This document shows positions 53,309 through 64,000 of a stretch of 64,000 bases of DNA, piece by piece. The position numbers and the translations under genes are program-made. Numbering within the stretch: position 1 is the first letter of the stretch; each line of letters opens with the position of its first letter. The notes under the pieces were generated by a model. The model had not been told where the DNA came from and made no database searches. It saw nothing but the letters and a program-made list of their open reading frames with translations. Source of the DNA: Eledone cirrhosa (Eukaryota); assembly GCA_964016885.1 (NCBI GenBank), contig OZ024742.1, positions 190,836,001-190,900,000 of the forward strand, read 5' to 3'.

Positions 53309-53326
53309 TAAGTAGTAGCAGTAGTG

Positions 53327-53387
<61 letters not shown>

Positions 53388-53407
53388 CAGTAGTAGTGGT
53401 AGTAGTG

Positions 53408-53483
<76 letters not shown>

Positions 53484-53543
53484 AGGTAGTAGTAGTAGCA
53501 GCAGCAGTAATAGTAGCAGTAGTAGCACCTGCAGAAGTAGTTA

Positions 53544-53615
<72 letters not shown>

Positions 53616-54790
53616 CAGAAGTTGTTATAGTAGTAGTATTATTAGTAGTGGTGGTGGTGGTAGTGGTGGTGTTGGTGGTGGTGGTGGTGGTGGTGGTGTT
53701 GGTAGCTGTGGTGGTGGTGTTTGTGGTTGTGGTGGTGATAGTGGTGGTGGTGGTGGTGGTAGCTGTGGTGGTGGTGTTGGTGGTTGTGGTGGTGGTGTTG
53801 GTTATGGTGGTGGTGGTGTTGGTGGTGGTGTTGGTGCTGGTAGCTGTGGTAGTGGTGGTGGTGGTGTTAGCTGTGGTGGTGGTGTTGGTAGCTGTGGTGG
53901 TGGTGGTGTTGGTAGTGGTGGTGGTCGTGGTAGCTGTGGTGGTGGCATTGGTGGTTGTGGTAGTGGTAGTGGTTGTGGTAGCTGTGGTGGTAGATGTGGT
54001 GGTGGTGGTGGTAGTGGTGGTGGTGGTAGCTGTGGTAGTGGTGGAGGTGGTGGTATTGGTGGTTGTGGTAGTGGTAGTGGTGGTGGTAGCTGTGGTGGTA
54101 GATGTGGAAGTGGTGGTGTTAGTGGTGGTGGCGGTGGTAGCTGTGGTAGTGGTGGTGGTGGTGGTAGCTGTGGTGGTGTTGTTGGTAGCTGTGGTGGTGT
54201 TGGTGTTGGTGGTTGTGGTGTTAGAAGTGGTGGTGGTAGTGGTAGCTATGGTGGTGGTGTTGGTGGTTGTGATTGTGGTAGTGGTGCTGGTGGTGGTAGC
54301 TGTGGTGGTGGTGCTGGTGGTTGTCGTAGTGGTGGTGGTAGCTGTGATGGTTGTAGCTGTGGTTGTGGTGGTGGTGGAAGCTGTGGTGGTGGTGGTGTTG
54401 GTAGCTGATGGTGGTGTTGGTGGTTGTGTGTGGTGGTGGTGGTGGTGGTGTTGGTAGCTGTGGTGGTAGCTGTGGTGGTGGTGGTGTTGGTAGCTGTGAT
54501 GGTGGTGTTGGTGGTTGTGTGTGGTGGTGGTGGTGGTGGTGGTGTTGGTAGCTGTGGTGGTAGCTGTGGTGGTGTTGGTGTTGGTAGCTGTGATGGTGGT
54601 GTTGGTGGTTGTGTGTGGTGGTGGTGGTGGTGTTGGTAGCTGTGGTGGTGGTGTTGGTGGTTGTCGTGGTGGTGGTGGTAGCTGTGGTGGTGGTGTTGGT
54701 AGCTGTTGTGGTGCTGTTGGTGGTGGTTGTGTGTGGTGGTGGTGGTGGTGTTTGTAGCTGTGGTGGTGTTGTTGGTGGTGGCGCTAGTTC
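53087..54790. repeat. 1.7-kb (GTA)n grading into (GTG)n tract with recurrent ggtagctgt
   Basis: Direct inspection. Confidence 0.95.
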
Positions 54791-55632
54791 CGGTAGTAAT
54801 GGCGGTGGTGTTAGCCGTGATAATATGCTAACGTGGGGTATAACATAGGAATGTAATGAGAACATTGTAAATAAGAATGGCGAAGTAGCAATATACGTGT
54901 TGTGTATCAGTGAATGTAATATTTGAAATGGCATACGGGTGTATATGTGGCTATGTTGCTGCCTGTATGTGTATGGCTATTTCTGAGTATGTAAATGTGT
55001 GTGTGTGGGTATGTGTGTGTGTTAGTATGTGTGCGAGTGAGTATGTGTGTGTGTTGGTATGTGTACGTGTGAGTATGTGAGTGTGTGTGTGTGTTAGTAT
55101 GTATGTGTGTTAGTATGTGTGTGTGTGTGTCGGTATGTGTGTGTGTGTGTTGGTATGTGTGTGTGTGTGTTAGTATGTGTGTGTGTGAGTGTATGTGTGT
55201 GTGTGTATGTGTGAGTATGTATGTGTGTTAGTATGTGTGTGTGTGTGAGTGTTTGTGAGGGTGTTAAGAGGTCAAATATGAGATGGAAATAGAAAATATA
55301 AGAAATACTGGGAATAAGTAAACAGAGAGAAAGATAGAGAGAGTGAGTGAGAGAAAAATATAGAGAGAGTGTCAGAGAAAGAGAGAGTGAGTGAAAGTGA
55401 AAATTAGAGAAAGAGAGAATGAGGAAGTGTGAGAGAGAGAATTAAAGAGAGAGTGAAAGAGACAAAGAGAGACAGTAAATGAAAGTGAAAATGAGAGAAA
55501 GAGAGAAAGAGGAAGAGAAAGAGAGAAAGAAAGAGAGAAAGAGGGAAAGAGGAAGAGAGAGAGAGGAGAGAAGGAGAGATGGAGAGAGAAACAGACAAAT
55601 AATGAGAAGGAGTGAAATAAAGAGAGTGAGAG

Positions 55633-55700
<68 letters not shown>

Positions 55701-55917
55701 TGTGAGAGAAGGTTTAGCAGGTATATAGTTTTTGTATTTTTCTCCTTTCAATTTACAAGGAACTACGTATATTTGACCTGTTTACATATGAATACTAATA
55801 TTGAATCATATTATATAAACTTGTACGCAGCCATGTTTAACTCTATACTGATGTTCAATATAGAGAGATATAACTTTATTCCATACTTCAACTGCTTAGC
55901 GCACAACTTAAAATGTA

Positions 55918-58900
55918 TCTATATATATAAACCTGAGGATGTGTGTGTTAAGGTTTGTAACGTATGCACGTCCACAATTTCCAACTGATTCTCTTCCAAG
56001 TCTAGACAATTATTGCTTTTGGTCAGCAAAAAGTGATGAAGTAAAAACATTTCAAATCCATTAAAAATAAGGGCAAAAATCGATCATGATCATTCCCCCT
56101 CTCTATAATTTAACTGCTTTACTCTCTCTGTCGCTCTTGACTACCTATATGACAACACTGCAGAGAAAGAAACAATGTGTATGATCAAATGGAGTGTTCC
56201 GTACATTCACTCTCTCTATAATTTAACTGCTTTACTCTCTCTGTCGCTCTTCACTCCCTATATGACAACACTGCAGTGGAGCGTTCTGTATTGACATACG
56301 GCTTATCTGGGGCATTTTCAATCGGCTTATTGCAAATAACAACCTGCAAAATAACACTTCATATAACAGTTTAATGCTATAGACATATGAATCGGAATGT
56401 AACCCGTGAACTTTTTCCTGGACAAAATTATTCGAACAGACATGACCTCATTGCCAGAGTGTTCAGACTGAAACTGGCTAAACTCATGGCTTTAATCAAA
56501 AAGGGTCAGGTATTTGGGGCTGTAAAGTGTGACATGTTCACCGTCGAATGGCAAAAACGAGGGCAGCCACATGCTCACGTTTTGATTTGGTTAGATGATA
56601 AAATCAATTCAAATGCCATAGACAGCTTCATTTCGGCTGAAATCCCTAACCCAGCAACTGACCAGGAATTACATGACATCGTCAAAGCCAACATGGTCCG
56701 TGTGCGTCGGGTCTTAATGAGCATCACACGTGTCTGAAAGGGGGGTCGTGCATTAAGGGATACCCCCAAAAATGTGTTTACCAGACTCAGACTGGTGGCG
56801 ACGGGTACCCCCTGTACAGGCGGAGAGGGCCCGAGAACGGTGGCTTCACCACAACAGTAAAGGGAGGTCAAGTCGACAATAGATGGGTGGTCCTTACTGC
56901 CCGCTTCTCTTGAAGATGTTCAACGCCCACATCAAGGTTGAGCTTTGCAACTCCGTCAAGTCGATAAAATACATATGAAAATATGTAAATAAGGGCACTG
57001 ATGTCGCAATGTTCGCATTTCAAGCTGAAAATAGCAGGGACGAGGTCACAGAATAACTGGCGGGGCGGTACATCAGTAGCAATGAAGCATTTTGGCGCCT
57101 ACACCAACGGCACCCCGCCATCGTACAGCTTGCGGTACATTTGGAAAATGGGCAAAGGGTTTACTTTATGGACCAAACCGCCGCCAAGTTGGCCGCCGAT
57201 CCGAAAGAGACCACTCTGATGGGTTTCTTCAAACTTTGCCAGTTCGATACATTTTCGCAAACAATTGTGTACTCCCAGGTTCCATCCTACTTTATGTGGT
57301 CGAAAAACACTTGGGTGCAAAGAAAGTCAGGTCAGGCTGTTGAAAGACATCCTGGTGTAAAATTTGATAGCTGTCTTGGAAGGGTTTACACTATGCCCCC
57401 AAGTCAGCATGAATGCTTTCATCTTCGCCTTCTTCTGCCTGAAGTTGTAGGCCCACAAAGTTTTCAAGACCTCAAAACTGTTGATGGAGAAATATGTGAT
57501 ACGTACCGGGAAGCCTGCTTTAAGCGTGGTCTTTTGGAAGATTATTCGCAATGGGATTCCACTTTAGCAGAGGGTGCTTTGTTGAAATCACCTAAAGGTC
57601 TACGGGAACTCTTTGCTATTTTGCTTCAAAAGTGTGAATTGGGTGAGCCCAAATCTTTATGGGTCAAGTACAGAGACTTCATGTCTGAGAACTTCCTGTG
57701 CCTGGCTCATCTGCAGTATCCTTCAGTGGAAGTTGGTTACAGCGACATTATCTACAACAGGGCACTCATTGATATTGAGGACGCCCTCCTCGACATGAGT
57801 GGGATTGAGTTGGCGACGTATGGCTTGCCGTTAACCGTCAGAAAGGAAAGTAACACGTTGGCCCCGGATTTGTTGCGGGAAACAGCATATGACTTTGAAT
57901 GTCTTTCCCAATACTTAGAGGAAAATGAGCCCAAACTTCTGTCGGACCAAAGGTTGGCCTATTTAACTATCATTGACGCGGTTCAAAATAAGACTGGGGG
58001 TATTTACTTTCTCGATGCTCCTGGGGGTACCGGAAAAACTTTTGTAACGAAATTGATTCTCGCTAAGATTCGCCAGAAGAAAAAAATTGTGTTGGCCGTT
58101 GCATCGTCCGAAATCGGTGCTACTTTGCTGCCGGGAGGCAGGACAGCACATTCAACCTTTAAATTCCGCTTGGATTTAGTAAAAGCTGAGACACCAACAT
58201 GCAATATCAGCAAGGGTTCACACGAAGCTCTGGTTCTCAAAAGATGTTGCCTCACTGTTTGGGATGAGTGCACAATGGCACACAAGGGTGCCCTTGAGGC
58301 ATTGGACAAGACCCTGAAAGACATTAGGGATTCTACGGCTCCTATGGGTGGCGTAACCCTTCTGCTATCAGGGGATTTTCAGCAAACGTTGCCTGTCATC
58401 TCCAAAGGGACAAGAGCTGATGAAGTGCGTTCCTGCCTTAAATCATCCATGTTGTGGATCCAGGTGAAGAGTTTGTACCTGAGCACAAATATGCGTGCTC
58501 ATTTGCAGGGTGACAACATGTCTGCAGCATTTGCTCAGAACATTTTAGCACTTGGTGAGGGCAAGGTCCCTACGAATGACAAGGGCGGCATAGCAATCGA
58601 CTCACTGTGCAACATTGTGACTAGCCCTGCTGACCTTAGGGGAGCAGTTTTTCCTAATGTCTCATCTAACTTTAAAAACCTCGATTGGCTCAGCGAAAGA
58701 GCCACCCTTGCTCCGAAAAATACCATGGTTAATTTTATTAACGAGCAGCTGATTGAGAAGATTCGCAGTAAATAGCACATCTTCAAATCTATCGACCGGA
58801 CGTCAGACACCAACGATATCGTTATTATCCGGTTGACTTATTAAATTCCTTTGAGCTCCCAGGGCTCCCACCTCACATTCTTAAGCTTAGGGTTGGCTGT

Positions 58901-59621
58901 CCCATTATGCTAATAAGTAACTTGCGTCCACCAAAGCAGTGCAACGGTCCTCGTATGGCCGTCAAGTCACTGACGCCCCACTTGATTGAGGCCACCATTG
59001 TAACGTGGTGCAGGAGAAGGGAGGATGTTTTCATTCCAAGGATGAACATTTTCCCCTCGGCGTCACATATCCCGTTCGATTTCCGGTGATCCCAATTCCC
59101 GGTGAGACCATGTTTTGCCATGCCCATTAACAAGTAACAAGGGCAAACATTGTCGGTGGCGGGCTTCGATTTGGGGGAGCCATCTTCTCCCATGGCCAAC
59201 TTTATGTTGCCTGTTCCCGCGTAGAGAGCAGAAATGGACATTTTGCTTACACTCCTCAAGGGATGATACGCAATATCGTCTAGAAAGAGGTACTATAGAT
59301 GTTGGTGCAGGTGTTGGAGGTGTTGGAGCTATGCCATCTCGAAAACTATTTCCTGGTAGGGTCATCCATGGCGGACAGATCTGACACCCAGCGGCATCAG
59401 GGCCACCATCCTGCAACTTTGGTCTACTAAATTCGCTATTGGAAGATTATTAACCCATCATTGATTGTCCAAAATGCTAATTGGTTCGTAACTTTTAATA
59501 ACCGGTTCAACTGCTTTATGCACTTAATTGATAAGCTTATTCGCTTTCAAGCCACGTTTACCTGTTTGTAACTTTCCATAGCAAATGAACAAACCCGAGC
59601 AACGCCGGGCTAAACTGCTAG
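55918..59621 (+). mobile_element. Helitron (internally deleted, autonomous type)
   Basis: A|TC 5' end; hairpin CCCGAGCAACGCCGGG at 59594-59609; CTAG|T at 59618-59621; no TSD. Confidence 0.93.
56387..59230 (+). pseudogene. RepHel (HUH Rep plus PIF1-family helicase), N-terminally deleted, with stops and frameshifts
   Basis: VEWQKRGQPHAHVLIWL, KYI*KYVNKG; DAPGGTGKTF, GGRTAHSTF, VWDECTM, GDFQQTLPV, QFPVRPCFAMPINK*QGQT, HGQLYVACSRV. Confidence 0.93.
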
Positions 59622-59951
59622 TCTTAAATAACTACCAACCCGAGCGATAATAATATGGAAATTAGTACGCACATTTCAGAAGACTACTTTAACTGGTAAT
59701 GTATATAAGACCCCCGGATAAGTATTTCCAAGTAAGTGCAAAAATAGATTAATGATATTATTACGTTTATGTGATATGTTTATATATATATATATTTAAA
59801 AGAATAGAGGTGTAACACACGAGTTATGATATATTGATATATATATATATATTAAAGATATTAATACCTTTATGTGATATGTTTATATATATATATATAA
59901 ACATATCACATAAACGTAATAATATCATTAATCTATATTTGCACTTACTTG

Positions 59952-59986
<35 letters not shown>

Positions 59987-60352
59987 ATAAACGTATTAAT
60001 ATCTTTAATCTATTTTTACACTTACTTGGAAATACTTATCCGAGGATCTTATATACATTACCAGTTAAAGTAGTCTTCTGAAATGTACGTGCTAATTTCC
60101 ATATTATTAACGCTCGGGTTGGTAGTTGTTTAACATACTTTTTAAGTTGTGCGCTAAGCAGTTGAAGTATGGAATAAAGTTATATCTCTCTATATAGAAC
60201 ATCCGGAATTAGTTAAACATGGCTGCGTACAAGTTTATATAATATCATTCAATATTAATATTCATATGTAAACAGGTCAAATATGCGTAGTTCCTTGTAA
60301 ATTGAAAGGAGAAAAATACAAAAACTATATACCTGCTAAACTCTCTCTCTCA

Positions 60353-60421
<69 letters not shown>

Positions 60422-60434
60422 TCTCTCTCTCTCT

Positions 60435-60468
<34 letters not shown>

Positions 60469-60516
60469 TAAAATTGTGTAATATTGATATACACATTTCC
60501 GTTTAACTCTAAACTG

Positions 60517-60652
<136 letters not shown>

Positions 60653-60663
60653 ACTTCCTGAAC

Positions 60664-60695
<32 letters not shown>

Positions 60696-60735
60696 GTATA
60701 TATATATATATATATAAGAGAGAGAGAGAGTGGGT

Positions 60736-60826
<91 letters not shown>

Positions 60827-62039
60827 CCGTTAGATAGATAGGTTGTTGCATAGATAGACGGATAGAGAGTCAGATAGATAGTTAGATAACTGCTGAAGAT
60901 CTATCAGCATATATAATGAATGATCTGCCATAAAAACGAAGAACAAAATTATAAAATTATTTGCGGCATTCAGATTGCCATTTTGATATAACTGAAGGGA
61001 GTGCAAGAGATGGTCAGAAGGAACAAGATTACAGGTTTGATTATTTTGATATGGCTGTCTGAAGGAAGAAGAAACTACGTTAATTATAGTATTCTCTTCA
61101 AAATCGGTGTGATGTTTTCGACTCTCCGATGGTTTATTTGGCGTCTAAAGGTTAAAAGCAAAAGTCACGAACAGAAACGACTATATTTACGACCTCCTAT
61201 CCACCATTAACGAAGAACGTAACAGATTATCCGCCCCTCTTTTTTTAGTCAAGTATTAATTAATATGATGGAAAGGAGTTAATTATACTTAGACGACAAT
61301 TCTTTAAATAAATAAAAGGGGGTTTTGACTGACAGAAGAAATAAACTTTGGAGTTTTTGCCTCCACTTTTATGAGTTCTTCATGGCTTGAAATGTTAGTC
61401 AATGTTTCTTCTTCTTCTTTCGCTCATAAGCCTAAAATTATTTTCATCGGGATCATCATTATCATCATCATCATCATCATCTTCTTCTTTGCACTTCTCA
61501 TCCTTCTCTTCTTTCTTCCGCGTCCTGTTTATCCTCATCACCATCATTACCATTATCATGTGTATCCGCACTAAATCTCGTTTAATTAGTTCGTGATAAA
61601 GAGCTATAACAGAGAATTAGTAGTACGCAAAAGCGCATCACTCGCCCGCAAATGAAAAAGAAAAGGAAAAAGACAACAGATAAATAATTAAACAAATAAA
61701 TAGATAAATAAATAAATAAATAAAAATGAGATGCTAGAAGTGCAGTGGCTAGAAGACAGTCATGTAAAAATTTGATTTCTCTTTTATAGCGACATCAATT
61801 TTTGACATGGCAGGATACTATTGTGATACATATAATTCCTATTTAATTTATATATTTTATTATCTAGTTATTTATTATATTATAGCTCGCCTTTGACACG
61901 ACCTTTTGGTCTCCCCTGGTAAACATAATTACTCCATACGTCATATATTTAACTGTCTAGTTATGTTATACATCTGAGCGATGGATAGATAGAGTCTTAG
62001 ACCAGAGTTGGTCAAATGCTAAGTTGATGTTATTCTTTA

Positions 62040-62518
62040 TTTTCAGGCGTCGAATCCCGCTGAGGCTAACTATTCCTTTCATACTTCCTAGTCAGATAAA
62101 ATAAAGTACCAGACACGTACTGGTGTCAATATAATTAACTTTCTCTTCCCTTAGAATTGCTAGCCTTGTTCCAAAACTAGAAACCGTTATTAAGATATAT
62201 ATCACTCTGAATTCAAATCCCGTCGAGGATAGCTTTGCCTTTCCTCATTATGGGGTCAATAAAATAAAGTACCAGTAACGCACTGGTGTTGATGTAATCG
62301 ACTTTCCCCTTTTCCTAAAATTGTTAGCCTTGTGTCTAAATTAGAAAACATTTTATTACATATTGTTCTGAATTCAAATCTCGCTGATGTTAGCTTTGCC
62401 TTTCATCCTTAAGGGGTCGATAACATAAAGTACCAGTGACGTAGTTGGGTTCATATAATTGACTTTCCCCTCCCTTCAAAATATTTGGCCTTGTGCCTAA
62501 ATCCCAAACCATTATTAT
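62040..62518 (+). mobile_element. Three tandem older SINE family A copies
   Basis: Repeated aatccc..gcctttc..gataaaataaagtaccag..gccttgtg..aaacc. Confidence 0.8.
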
Positions 62519-64000
62519 ATATCGTTGTTGCAGTAGTTGGACTTGTTGTCAGCTGTAACTGAGTTCGAGAAAGAAAATAGAAGTTACGTATATTGTGAAA
62601 AACATTTTGTCGATGTCTATCCTGTCATTTATCTAGCCATCGCGCTGGTATCAAACACTGTGCTACTCAATGTAACTCTATTCCAAATTCATTCGTAATA
62701 GAGTCGATGGAAGATGAAATGCATTCCGCCATGCACCAAACCCCATTTCACACATCTTTATATAATGCTGCGGAATCAAATTTGGTTTTGTTAATTGAAT
62801 CGGTCTTTGATCAAAAGCGATAATTCCATGGCCATCTCTTTAGTTATTTGGCCATCTCATATCTATTATCAAATTTAAACTTTTTCCGGCCTTCATCTGT
62901 TCAATAGAGTGTAGTGGTACTCCTGCCATTCGTAGCTTTTTGTTTGTTCTGTGGGGAGGACCAGATACGTAGATTTCAGGACCATCTCAAGTGCATGTCG
63001 TTTATGACATAAGAGAGGGAGATCCATAGAGTTCTCGATAATCAGCATCCCCTACTGCTGGTGAAAAAGAGGATGAGGTGAACTCATTTGCTTCCATTCC
63101 TATTAAGACATATCTTTTTTGTTCTTTTCGTTTAACCTGTAAGTTACAACCAACCTGGCCAAAACCGGCTCTGGTTCTATGAAATAAAAGCAAACATTTC
63201 AAAGGTTTCCAATTTAAATTAAAATCTTCCAACATAATTTTATATAAGAACCTTACATTAAGTTACAATCTTAGTAATGAAATAATTAATAGCTTTAGTA
63301 AATCTCTCAAAACCCTTCATTAATTAATTGAAATAGACTGTATTTCATTAGAAATATGGTAATGAAAGGGTTAAAAATAATCTTAGTTCGTGAGTATTTA
63401 GTTTACTGATACCATCACAATGGCTAGTATCTCTTCTTAGAATTTCTCGGATGAAGGTTGGGAATTTAGCATCGGGTTATATTGAAAATCATTAATATTA
63501 TTTAAAAAAAAAAAACAAACCTTGAAACAATTTCATTTTCAAAATAATTAAAAGCATTTTCATTAGTTCAAACTTCCTCCAAAAGTTTTTTTTTTTTCAA
63601 TAATCTAAGCGATATAAACCGACTGACCGATGGCTAGACGGTTTCTATTAAATCATTTCCCACTTCAAATCTAGAAGGATTGTCTTGCTTTGTTGTCAGA
63701 TTCTTAATTAATAGACTGTGAGTATTGGTGTCATTTCTATCACCGGGGGACGTCCTATCTTAAAACCACTTAACTCGTTAAGTAGCATTAAAGTCTGTGT
63801 GTCTTTAGAGCAAGAATCCAGCTACGCAGTATAAGCCTCTCTTGACACTGGAATCCAGCCGTTTCCATATCAACTCCCCCAAGCAAATATTTCTGGAACT
63901 TGTTCACCATTTTCCCATCTTCTCTTATAATGCGAGACATATTTACTTTGATATGCACTTTTAATCACATAAAGACCGTCCGTCTTTTCTACTCTGAGAT

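Larger units (their letters stand above)
55712..60341. mobile_element. Large fold-back palindrome whose left arm is split by a Helitron
   Basis: 55712-55917 joined to 59622-59780 is the reverse complement of ~59980-60341; the flanking (GA)n and (TC)n are also inverted. Confidence 0.85.

Noticed and set aside
53324-54457. 377-aa poly-Val ORF and the antisense poly-Thr/His and poly-Leu ORFs
   Set aside because: Translation of a (GTA)n/(GTG)n microsatellite; no complex sequence or splice context
62880-64000. Complex sequence that may be decayed LINE ORF1 or host exons
   Set aside because: No convincing motif or open frame found by eye

Overview
AT-rich, microsatellite-saturated eukaryotic DNA, probably intronic or intergenic; the SINE families and (TA)n/(CA)n/(GA)n load suggest a cephalopod such as Octopus (inference). 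No intact host gene is visible, and almost all listed ORFs are microsatellite artefacts. The real content is mobile DNA: a near full-length dead Tx1/L1-type LINE (41403-47231), an internally deleted RepHel Helitron (55918-59621) with several non-autonomous Helitrons, Penelope-like element (PLE) fragments of Neptune- and Naiad-type, RTE/RTEX/CR1 fossils, and about 20 tRNA-derived SINEs. The most striking hidden layer is a set of at least 10 minimal type I hammerhead ribozyme motifs from several unrelated sequence families. They sit in fold-back palindromes or partial tandem (retrozyme-like) repeats inserted into (TA)n tracts, and they show recurring core variants (U10.1·U11.1 and U3-A8). All structures were read and folded by eye; none was checked computationally.
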